NCBI GenBank assembly: GCA_027050205.1
Contig: JALUCS010000087.1
Coordinates: 1 to 34,052, forward strand
From: a candidate division WOR-3 bacterium
GTDB lineage: Bacteria > Hydrothermota > Hydrothermia > LBFQ01
DNA length: 34,052 nt
Direction: 5' to 3'
Program-made: the position numbers and the translations under genes
Shown: positions 7,979-16,340 of the stretch, one piece after another
Layout of the letters: the number at the start of each line of letters is the position of its first letter
How positions within the stretch are numbered: position 1 is the stretch's first letter
The notes under the pieces: model-generated
Database searches by the model: none
Seen by the model: the letters and a program-made list of their open reading frames with translations, nothing else
Told to the model about the DNA's origin: nothing

Positions 7979-9295
7979 ATGTCGCTTCGCAGGTACTCCC
8001 TCCCCGAGATGTGGAAACTCTGGAGCGAGGAGGAGAAGTTCCGGACGTGGGCGAGGGTTGAGTGGGCGGTGGCCAAGGCCCAGGAGGAGCTGGGCATAAT
8101 CCCGAAGGTGGGACTGTCAGAGTCCCTTGAGAAGCTCCTGGAGGATGAGGCCTTTTGGAGGGAGGTTCCCCGGCTCGTTGAGGAGAGGGAGAGGGTCTAC
8201 GACCACGACGTCCTCGCCTTCCTTGGCGTAGTAGAGGAGAGGTTGGAGAAGGGCGGGAACTACCTACATTTCGGTATGACCTCCTCGGACGTGGTGGATA
8301 CGGCCAACGCCCTAAGGATGCGGAGGGCCTTACTCCTTATTAAGGAGAGGCTGGAGGGGTTCGCGGAAGTTCTCTGGGAGAAGGCCAACAGGTACAGGTA
8401 CGTCCCCGTTATGGGTAGGACCCACGGGGTATTCGCCCAGCCCACTACCTTCGGCCTGAAGTTCCTCGGATTCTACTCCGAGGCCTTGAGGGACCTAAGG
8501 CGGCTTGAGGGGGCGATTGAGGAGGTCTCCTACGGTAAGATTTCGGGAGCCGTGGGGAACTACGCCCTGAACCCCCCGGAGGTGGAGGAGAGGGCGCTGC
8601 AACTGCTCGGCCTAAAGGTCGAGCCGGTCTCAACCCAGGTCCTTCCGAGGGACCGCTTCGCCCATGCCCTCAACGTCCTCGTCCTGATTGGGGAACTCCT
8701 TGAGAGGGTGGCCCTTGAGATAAGGCTGTCCGCCCGCACGGAGACGGGAGAGATGCAGGAGCCTTTCCGTAAGGGTCAGAGGGGGTCTTCGGCTATGCCC
8801 CACAAACGCAACCCCATAAGGAGCGAGAGGCTTACCGGTATAGCCCGCCTCCTGCGAGGGTGGGCCATCGCCGAGAACGAGAGCGTCGCCCTCTGGCACG
8901 AGAGAGACATAAGCCATTCCTCCGTTGAGAGGTTCACCTTCCCCGACGCCACCACCACCCTGCACTACGCCCTGAACCTCGCGACGTCCGTTGTCAGGGA
9001 CCTCGTCATAAACGAAGGGAGGGCGAGGGAGAACATGGAGCGGTTCGGGGACTTCTACCTGTCCTCCGTCCTCCTGATACTCCTTACCAGATACGGGGCC
9101 TCAAGAGATAGGGCCTACGAGTGGGTGAAGGAGGTATCGCAGAGGGCGTACGAGAGGGGTACGAGCATATACGAGGAGGCCCTGAAACACCCGGAGATAG
9201 CGAAGGTGGTACCGGAGGGGGAGCTAAAGGAGGGTCTAAGCGTGGATTTCAACAGGTACGTGGATACCGTATTTGCCCGCTTCCAGACCTCCTAA
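7979..9295 (+). CDS. purB: Adenylosuccinate lyase
   Basis: HFGMTSSDVVD, GRTHG, GSSAMPHKRNP, WHERDISHSSVER. Confidence 0.97.
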   Translation: MSLRRYSLPEMWKLWSEEEKFRTWARVEWAVAKAQEELGIIPKVGLSESLEKLLEDEAFWREVPRLVEERERVYDHDVLAFLGVVEERLEKGGNYLHFGMTSSDVVDTANALRMRRALLLIKERLEGFAEVLWEKANRYRYVPVMGRTHGVFAQPTTFGLKFLGFYSEALRDLRRLEGAIEEVSYGKISGAVGNYALNPPEVEERALQLLGLKVEPVSTQVLPRDRFAHALNVLVLIGELLERVALEIRLSARTETGEMQEPFRKGQRGSSAMPHKRNPIRSERLTGIARLLRGWAIAENESVALWHERDISHSSVERFTFPDATTTLHYALNLATSVVRDLVINEGRARENMERFGDFYLSSVLLILLTRYGASRDRAYEWVKEVSQRAYERGTSIYEEALKHPEIAKVVPEGELKEGLSVDFNRYVDTVFARFQTS

Positions 9296-9299
9296 ACCG

Positions 9300-10271
9300 T
9301 CAGGTCTCAAACACCTTGGCAAGTACCTCTTCCAAGGGGGGATCGGTGACGGAGAGGTCGTCTATATCGTACCTGTCCATGAGGATACGGACCTTCTCAA
9401 ACACCTCGTCCCTCCTGACTAAGAGCTTGACCTCCGAGCCTTCAATTTCCCGCACCTCCCCTATACGACGCAATTCCTCAACGGGTATCCTCCCCTTGAA
9501 CTCCACGTAAAGCTCCTTAAAGGGCATCACCTTCTCCGAGAGGTCGTAGAGGTCGCCGTCAAAGATGAGCCTCCCCCTGTGGATCACTATCGCCCGGTCG
9601 CATAGGGCCTCTATGTCGCCCATATAGTGGCTGGTCAGTATTATGGTGGCGCCGAACTCCGCGTTGTAGGTGCGGAGGAAGTTCCGGATGGATATCTGGG
9701 CGTTGACGTCAAGTCCCAGGGTCGGCTCGTCCAAGAAGAGTATGTCCGGCTCGTGGATGAGGGCGGCCAGGATTTCGGCCTTCATTCTCTCTCCAAGGGA
9801 CAGCTTCCGCACGGGTTGGTGCAGCCTGTGGCCTATGGAGAGCATCTCGGCGAGCCTACTCAACCTCCGTTTGAAGACGTCTTCGGGTATCTCGTACACG
9901 GCGGCATTTATCCGCAGGGAGTCTATAGGGGGGAGGTCCCAGATGAGCTGCTGCTTCTGTCCCATAACGAGGGTTATCTTCCGGAGGAAGTCCGGCCGTC
10001 GCTCAAAGGGGTCGTACCCCAGGACTCGAACCTCACCAGAGGTGGGTTTTATCAGTCCGACCAACATCTTCAGGGTCGTCGTCTTTCCCGCCCCGTTGGG
10101 TCCCAAGAAGCCGACCACCTCCCCCCTCTCAACGGCGAAGGTTATACCCTTGACGGCCTCTATGTCCCTATACTGACGGTTGAAGAAGTGCTTGAGGGTG
10201 GATAAAAAACCCTCCCCCTTTATGGGAACCCTGTAGACCTTACGGAGATCCCTTACTCGGATGATGGGCAT
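9300..10271 (-). CDS. ABC transporter ATP-binding protein (ABC-2 type)
   Basis: Walker A GPNGAGKTT, LSLGERMK signature, LFLDEPTLGLD, TSH. Confidence 0.93.
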   Translation of the reverse strand: MPIIRVRDLRKVYRVPIKGEGFLSTLKHFFNRQYRDIEAVKGITFAVERGEVVGFLGPNGAGKTTTLKMLVGLIKPTSGEVRVLGYDPFERRPDFLRKITLVMGQKQQLIWDLPPIDSLRINAAVYEIPEDVFKRRLSRLAEMLSIGHRLHQPVRKLSLGERMKAEILAALIHEPDILFLDEPTLGLDVNAQISIRNFLRTYNAEFGATIILTSHYMGDIEALCDRAIVIHRGRLIFDGDLYDLSEKVMPFKELYVEFKGRIPVEELRRIGEVREIEGSEVKLLVRRDEVFEKVRILMDRYDIDDLSVTDPPLEEVLAKVFET

Positions 10272-10278
10272 CCGGAGG

Positions 10279-10488
10279 TCAGTCTTCCTCCATCATCTTC
10301 TGGAGTTTCCTCCGGATCTTCCTCCACTTCATAGCCTCCTTCTTCTTGCGGATCTCGGAGGGTTTCTCGTACACCAGGTGGCGACGGTAGTCGTTGAGAA
10401 TCCCCTCCCTCCCTATGAGCTTCTTGAACCTCCGCAGCATAGACTCAAAGGTCTCACCTTCCTGCTTCCTGACTCCGACCTTAGGCAT
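10279..10488 (-). CDS. rpsU: 30S ribosomal protein bS21
   Basis: ETFESMLRRFKK...YEKPSEIRKKK, 69 aa basic. Confidence 0.93.
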   Translation of the reverse strand: MPKVGVRKQEGETFESMLRRFKKLIGREGILNDYRRHLVYEKPSEIRKKKEAMKWRKIRRKLQKMMEED

Positions 10489-10496
10489 AAGCGGCT

Positions 10497-10502
10497 ATTA
10501 TA
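10497..10502 (-). promoter_or_regulatory. -10 box TATAAT, 8 nt before rpsU ATG
   Basis: TTCCCCAGTATAAT-AGCCGCTT-ATG. Confidence 0.75.
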
Positions 10503-10553
10503 CTGGGGAAGGTTTGCCGGTTCCCGGTAGGTGGGAGGGGACGGCTCACTACC

Positions 10554-10627
10554 CTTCCAAAAACGGGGGATTACACTGATGAAATGATAGCCCCTATGAC
10601 CGTACGTTCAAAAAACTGAAAGGCACA
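10554..10627 (+). repeat. Two isolated copies of the 22-bp intergenic unit
   Basis: CTTCCA-AAAAC-GGGGGA-TTACA (10554) and GTTCAA-AAAAC-TGAAAG-GCACA (10606). Confidence 0.55.
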
Positions 10628-11266
10628 ATCCGGGGAATTCTATGCCGACGAACTTTTAAATGTATGCACCACTCCATCCGTAAAATGGGAGAATTTTTGG
10701 GATAACTAACAATAACCCATAAAATATTGCATAAAATCTGTATAATTCATCGGAATTACGTTGGCGGAATGGGTATTACGCCGGTAGGATGACGCTCCAT
10801 CTATCGCCTGACACAACGCCCTTCCGAATCCAACGGCCCCCGGAAGCACACAATCCAAAGGCCGGAAACCACATTTCAACCCGAAGCTCATCCTTAAGGG
10901 GGGTCATAGAAATCCGGGATTCTGCTGATCGGATAGTTATTGTTTTATAGTCTCATCAGACGATCGGAATTTATCACAGAATTTCCGAAGATTTAATAAT
11001 ATAACTACACATTCTAACAATTTTTGTGAAGAATTTTTATATCTTGTCCCCTTTCCTGTCCCACCAAAGTTCGGAAGCCCTATAGAACCATAACCTATGC
11101 GAACTCGGTCGGCTTAGTGTCCCCCATCCCCTACGCCCCCCTTTCAGGAAATTGTGGGAAATGGCAATCCAAGTTCCCGGAGGACACATCACCCCATCCG
11201 CCAAATACCGGCGCCCGCAATACGGGACTTGGAGTCCTTAACTTACGTTAACTAACCTTTCGGCCG

Positions 11267-11272
11267 TAGAAT
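11267..11272 (+). promoter_or_regulatory. -10 box TAGAAT, 9 nt before dnaK ATG
   Basis: CCGTAGAAT-TCCCACCCT-ATG, no SD. Confidence 0.7.
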
Positions 11273-11281
11273 TCCCACCCT

Positions 11282-13183
11282 ATGGAGAAGGTAATCGGAA
11301 TTGACCTCGGCACGACGAACTCCGTCGTTGCTGTGGTTGAGGGAGGGGAGCCTATCGTCATTCCCAATCCCGAAGGAGAGAGAATAACCCCCTCTGTGGT
11401 AGCTTTCAGGGAGAACGGGGAGGTCCTTGTGGGATCCCCCGCAAAGAGGCAGGCCATCACCAACCCGGAGAACACCGTCTTCTCCGTCAAGCGGTTCATG
11501 GGGATGAGGTACGACGAGAGCAAGCGCCTCGGCGACGTGGACCGCGTCCCCTACAGGGTCGTACCGGGAAGGGATGGAAGGGTTGAGATAGAGATACCCG
11601 CCACCGGCAAGAGGTACACACCGGAGCAGATCTCCGCCTTCATCCTCATGCACCTGAAGAAGGCCGCCGAGAACTTCCTCGGCAGCGAGGTGAAGAGGGC
11701 CGTCATCACCGTACCCGCCTACTTCAACGACCCCCAGAGGCAGGCCACGAAGGACGCCGGACTCATAGCCGGTTTTGAGGAGGTCATAAGGGTACTGCCG
11801 GAGCCTACGGCAGCCGCCCTCGCCTACGGCCTGAACAAGACGGACCAGAACCTGAAGATAGCCGTCTACGACTTCGGAGGTGGCACCTTTGACATCTCCA
11901 TCCTGACCCTCGTTGAGGGGGCCTTCATAGTGAAGGCCACCCACGGAGACACCCACCTCGGAGGGGACGACATAGACCAGAGGATAATAGAGTGGCTCCT
12001 TGAGGAGTTCCGGAAGGAGACGGGGATAGACCTCTCCTCCGACCCCGCCGCTATGCAGAGGCTGAAGGAGGCCGCCGAGAAGGCCAAGAAGGAGCTGTCC
12101 TTCCAGCAGGAGACCCTCATAAGCCTGCCCTACATAGCCTTTGACCCGGAGTCCCGCAGGGGTTTGAACCTTGAGAGGACCCTCACGAGGGCGCGCCTTG
12201 AGGCCATGGCCAAGCCCCTGATAGACCGCACGGTGGAGCTGATGAGGGCCGCCCTTGACGAGGCCGGTTTCAGCCGCAACGAGATAGACGCCGTCATCCT
12301 CGTAGGTGGGCAGACCCGTATGCCCCTGATACAGAGGACGGTTGAGGAGTTCTTCGGTAAGAAGCCTTATGCCGGAATAAACCCGGACGAGGTCGTGGCC
12401 ATAGGTGCCGCCATCCAGGCCTCCATAGCCGCCGGCGAGATGAAGGACCGCAAGGACATCGTCTTAGTGGATGTCGTACCCCTCTCCCTCGGGGTTGCCA
12501 CCCTCGGGGACATCTTTGACGTCGTCATACCCAAGAACACCCCCATACCCGTCAAGAAGTCCAAGATATACACCACCGCCATGGACAACCAGACGATGGT
12601 CACGGTGGAGGTCTATCAGGGTGAGAGGAAGATAGCCTCCCAGAACCGCCTCCTCGGCAGGTTTGACCTCACCGGGATACCCCCCGCTCCGAGGGGAGTC
12701 CCCCAGATAGAGGTGACGTTTGAGCTGGACGCCAACGGCATCCTCCACGTCACGGCGGTTGAGAAGAGTACGGGCAAGAAGGCCGACATCCGCATATCCG
12801 CCCGCACCGGCCTGACGGAGGAGGAGATCCAGAAGATGATAGAGGAGGCGGAGAGGTACAGGGAGGAGGATGAGAGGAGGGCGCGCCTCGCCCAGCTGCG
12901 GAACGAGATAGACGCGTACATCTACAGCGTTGAGAAGGCCCTGAAGGAGTACGGGGACAAGGTGACGGACCAGGAGAGGAAGGAGCTTGAGGAGAAGATG
13001 AAGGGTCTCCGGGAGGTCATGTCCTCCGACGACGAGGACCGGATGCGTCGGGAGTACGAGGAGTTTCAGAACCTCTGGAACCGGATAGTGAGCCGCATAT
13101 ACCAGGCCACCGGAGGTAAGCCGGGCGGAGGTCCCGGTGGAGCCGGTCCGGAAGGTGGAGAGGGACCGGAGATAGAGGCGTAA
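11282..13183 (+). CDS. dnaK: Molecular chaperone DnaK (Hsp70)
   Basis: [53 protein letters not shown]. Confidence 0.98.
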   Translation: MEKVIGIDLGTTNSVVAVVEGGEPIVIPNPEGERITPSVVAFRENGEVLVGSPAKRQAITNPENTVFSVKRFMGMRYDESKRLGDVDRVPYRVVPGRDGRVEIEIPATGKRYTPEQISAFILMHLKKAAENFLGSEVKRAVITVPAYFNDPQRQATKDAGLIAGFEEVIRVLPEPTAAALAYGLNKTDQNLKIAVYDFGGGTFDISILTLVEGAFIVKATHGDTHLGGDDIDQRIIEWLLEEFRKETGIDLSSDPAAMQRLKEAAEKAKKELSFQQETLISLPYIAFDPESRRGLNLERTLTRARLEAMAKPLIDRTVELMRAALDEAGFSRNEIDAVILVGGQTRMPLIQRTVEEFFGKKPYAGINPDEVVAIGAAIQASIAAGEMKDRKDIVLVDVVPLSLGVATLGDIFDVVIPKNTPIPVKKSKIYTTAMDNQTMVTVEVYQGERKIASQNRLLGRFDLTGIPPAPRGVPQIEVTFELDANGILHVTAVEKSTGKKADIRISARTGLTEEEIQKMIEEAERYREEDERRARLAQLRNEIDAYIYSVEKALKEYGDKVTDQERKELEEKMKGLREVMSSDDEDRMRREYEEFQNLWNRIVSRIYQATGGKPGGGPGGAGPEGGEGPEIEA

Positions 13184-13216
13184 AAAAAGGGGGGCTTGGC
13201 CCCCCTATCTTTTTTT
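13184..13216. terminator. Bidirectional intrinsic terminator between dnaK and the convergent FG-GAP gene
   Basis: A-run, stem AGGGGGGC-TTG-GCCCCCCT, then T-run. Confidence 0.85.
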
Positions 13217-13228
13217 ATTGTTTCACCC

Positions 13229-14971
13229 CTACCGGATCACCACCCTGTGGGCCTTACCTGTCTCCTCAACGATGAAGAAGACCCCTTTGGATAGCCTCGG
13301 AACCTTCCTGCCCTCGTAGATGAGCTTTCCGGAGGCGTTATAGACCCTTAACTTGCCCTTGAAACCGGAGTACAGGCCGTTCTCATCGGCGGAGAGGTCC
13401 CCTTCGGAGCCGAGGGGGTCGTAGGTGAACCTGACGTAGTCCACCACGGGAGCGGTGAGGGAGTCGGAGCTGGAGTATAGGACGAGGCGGTACTGGAGGA
13501 ACTTGTAGGGGGTGGTGGCGAAGGGTCCGGTGAGGGTCTGGGTCCCGCTGCTCGTGAAGGTATAGGGGCCTACCCACGAGGTCCAGGTGCTACCGTCTCT
13601 GGAGCCACGCACGTATACGTCCACCCTCTTGCCCGGTTTGGAGTCGTTGCACGGGGTGAAACGGACCTCAACCGTCAGCCACAGCCTGTAGTAGGGGTCC
13701 TCGTAGATGGAGGAGGTTAGCTCGCCCACAGGCTCAAACTTGGGGGTAGTCTTATACATCCAGAGGCCGGGGGACGTACTCTGGGTCTTGGTGAATACGT
13801 CGGGATAGCCATCGCCGTCAAGGTCGCTTATGTAGGCAGCGAAGTAGGGCCTCGTGGAGGTGGAGGTTACCTTCACCCAGTAGGGAGGGGTGGGTAGGTG
13901 GATGTAGAAGTACATCTTCTGGCTCCCTGGATCTGCAACGACTATATCGGGTAGGGAGTTCAGGTCAAGGTCGCCTATGTCTATACCGACGGGGGAGGTG
14001 AGGGAGTTGTCCAGGGTGGTGCGGCTGAAGGTCAAGCCTCCCTGGTTGGAGTAGATATAGACCCTTCCGGAACCCATATTCGTTATGGCTATGTCAAGGT
14101 CGCCATCGTTGTCTATGTCGGCGACGTCCATGTACTTCCAACCGCTGGCCAGCGAACCGTCTATGACCACCCTCGTAAAGGAGCCTCCGCCATCGTTCCG
14201 GTATATCACCAGCCCTTGGGAACCGTTGAGGGTGAGTATTACATCGTCATCCCCGTCGCCATCCATATCGTAGGCCGCCATGTCCAGTATCACGTCCCCT
14301 ATGTCGGAGGTTATGGTGTAGGATCGCCAGGAGGTGCCGTCGTGGTAGTAGTATATCAGGGGGGAGTTGTGGCCAGTGATGACGGTGCCGACGTACCCGT
14401 TGTTGAGCAGGTCGGTGGGGTTGGCTATGTCCTCCGCTTCCTGCCCGAGGTGCCAGTACTGTCTGGTGAAACCCGAAGGGCCACCCATATAGACCACCGT
14501 CTGGCCGTACCACGAAGAGTTAGGATAGTACTCCCCTCCGGTGAAGATGTCCAGATATCCGTTCCCGTCAAAGTCGTAGACCACGACGCCCTCAAAGCCG
14601 TTCCCTACCCCAGAGGCGTCGTCTATTATGGAATCGGCGAAGGAGGTGGCGCACCCATCGTTGTAAAGGATGTGAAGCTTGCGGGTGTGGTCCTCGTCGC
14701 TGGCGACTATGTCCATATCCCCGTCGCCGTCAAAGTCTATTATCTGGATGCCGGTGTTGTCGTGGCCGGATATCGCGGGGTGGATGTTCCGCTCGGACCA
14801 CGTGGGCGATACGCTGGAGGTCGTGGGACGGACGAGGCTCGGATAGGAGGTCTCAACGGAGCTGCCGGAGCAGTAGGAGGAGCCGAACCCCCCTGGGACG
14901 GGGCCGCACACTCCCGGCCCACCGGACCAGTCGTCCTGCATAACGGCCTGCGACAAAAGTAGTATAACCAT
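13229..14971 (-). CDS. Secreted FG-GAP/VCBS-repeat (Ca-binding beta-propeller) protein with T9SS-like C-terminal sorting tail
   Basis: Repeated D(F/M/I/L)DGDGDxD motifs; C-terminal LRVYNASGKLIY...LSKGVFFI...VVIR; start 14971 chosen from TATAAT (14981-14986) 9 nt upstream. Confidence 0.8.
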   Translation of the reverse strand: MVILLLSQAVMQDDWSGGPGVCGPVPGGFGSSYCSGSSVETSYPSLVRPTTSSVSPTWSERNIHPAISGHDNTGIQIIDFDGDGDMDIVASDEDHTRKLHILYNDGCATSFADSIIDDASGVGNGFEGVVVYDFDGNGYLDIFTGGEYYPNSSWYGQTVVYMGGPSGFTRQYWHLGQEAEDIANPTDLLNNGYVGTVITGHNSPLIYYYHDGTSWRSYTITSDIGDVILDMAAYDMDGDGDDDVILTLNGSQGLVIYRNDGGGSFTRVVIDGSLASGWKYMDVADIDNDGDLDIAITNMGSGRVYIYSNQGGLTFSRTTLDNSLTSPVGIDIGDLDLNSLPDIVVADPGSQKMYFYIHLPTPPYWVKVTSTSTRPYFAAYISDLDGDGYPDVFTKTQSTSPGLWMYKTTPKFEPVGELTSSIYEDPYYRLWLTVEVRFTPCNDSKPGKRVDVYVRGSRDGSTWTSWVGPYTFTSSGTQTLTGPFATTPYKFLQYRLVLYSSSDSLTAPVVDYVRFTYDPLGSEGDLSADENGLYSGFKGKLRVYNASGKLIYEGRKVPRLSKGVFFIVEETGKAHRVVIR

Positions 14972-14980
14972 GGCGTGCAT

Positions 14981-15054
14981 ATTATACGGCAAGCGTCCGG
15001 CTTTGCAAGCGAACCGTTGCAGTCAATTCCCCTTCCCCCACCGTACCGTAGAAT
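14981..15054. promoter_or_regulatory. Divergent promoters: TATAAT 14981-14986 (minus; TTGCAA 16 nt upstream) and TAGAAT 15049-15054 (plus)
   Basis: 9 nt and 8 nt from in-frame ATGs at 14971 and 15063. Confidence 0.65.
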
Positions 15055-15062
15055 ACTTGACT

Positions 15063-16340
15063 ATGCTTCCCCTCTTTCTGCCGATTGACCCCCTCTTCAA
15101 CCCCTGCACCGGGGTGTGTGCGACGTCCCCCGACACCTCCAACGTCGTTGGGGCAGCCCTCTACAGCCGGAACAACCCCTTCGCCGGCTTCGTTGAATTC
15201 ACCCCCTACGCCAACGTCCTCCTCCCCCTCGGCAGAGTCCGGGCTGGGGCCTTCGTCTCCTTGAGCGCCTTCAACGGGCGGTCCCGCGCCCTCACCGTAG
15301 GCGACTGGAACCCCTACCGGGAGTACAACCTTGAGGTGGTGGACTGGACGGCCGAGCCGGTCATAGGTAAGGAACCCCTCTTTGAGGCCTTCCAGTACAG
15401 GGCCTTCCTCTGGCTTGACGCCAAGGGCGTAAGTTTCAGGACGGGGAGGGACTACGTGAAGGTCTCCCCCTCCGTGCGATACCCCCTATTCCTCTCCGGT
15501 TGGAGTTATCCCCTTGACTGGCTGTACCTCATGAGGGGAGAGGTTGGACCCTTCCGGGGGTACGCCGGCTTCGCGAGGGTGCCGGATACGGTGGAGAACA
15601 GGCGGTTCGCCTTCCAGAGGATGGAGGTACTCCTCGGCCCCTTGGCCCTCGCCATAACGGAGGCCGTGGCATACACCCGTACGGACTCGTGGAAGTACGC
15701 CAACCCCCTCGTCCTATACTACGTCGTCCAGAGGCTTGAGACCTCTGACAACGACGACAACCTCTTCCTCCACGTGGACGCCGCCCTCAACCTCGGCAAC
15801 TTCAGGATATACGGGGAGTTCATGGGAGACGACCCCTCCTTCTTCCACGGCGAGGGACAGGCTCCCCTGTGGGGGACGACGGCCGGCCTATCCTACCTCG
15901 GAGCCTTCAACCTCTACCTTGAGGCCTCAACCGTGGCCCCCTTCACCTACGCGCACTACACCGGGATAAACGACCTCGCCGCCCTCGGGGTACCGCTGGC
16001 CACGTACCTCGGTCAGGACTACAGGGCGGCCTACCTGCGGTTGGAGAGGGGAGGCCTCTTCGCCGAGTACGAGTACATCCTCCACGGCTCCATTCCCTTC
16101 GGCCTGGCCTACGAGAACTCCGGTCTCCCCCCGGACCTACCCTTCCCCCGTCCCCCCCTATCCGAATGGCACCGCTTCGGGGCCGGTGCGGTCCTGGACC
16201 TCGCAAAGCCGTTCGGGCGGCTTGACGTAAGGGGTAGGGTGGGCCTCCGTGTGGGTATGGACGTAAGGAACGGAAAGGTCTATCCCGCTTTCTCATTCAT
16301 CTGGGGAGGGGAGGGACTCATCGCCGTCGGAACACGTTGA
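15063..16340 (+). CDS. Wzi-like capsule-assembly outer-membrane beta-barrel protein
   Basis: Pattern FQRMEV..LAITEAVAY..YANPLVLYY..DN..DA...RIYGEFMGDD; alternating beta-strand composition; start moved to 15063 by the -10 box. Confidence 0.65.
   Translation: MLPLFLPIDPLFNPCTGVCATSPDTSNVVGAALYSRNNPFAGFVEFTPYANVLLPLGRVRAGAFVSLSAFNGRSRALTVGDWNPYREYNLEVVDWTAEPVIGKEPLFEAFQYRAFLWLDAKGVSFRTGRDYVKVSPSVRYPLFLSGWSYPLDWLYLMRGEVGPFRGYAGFARVPDTVENRRFAFQRMEVLLGPLALAITEAVAYTRTDSWKYANPLVLYYVVQRLETSDNDDNLFLHVDAALNLGNFRIYGEFMGDDPSFFHGEGQAPLWGTTAGLSYLGAFNLYLEASTVAPFTYAHYTGINDLAALGVPLATYLGQDYRAAYLRLERGGLFAEYEYILHGSIPFGLAYENSGLPPDLPFPRPPLSEWHRFGAGAVLDLAKPFGRLDVRGRVGLRVGMDVRNGKVYPAFSFIWGGEGLIAVGTR

Noticed and set aside
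14970..15062. 31-aa N-terminal extension of the Wzi-like ORF
   Set aside because: Overlaps the divergent gene's start and both -10 boxes; not signal-peptide-like
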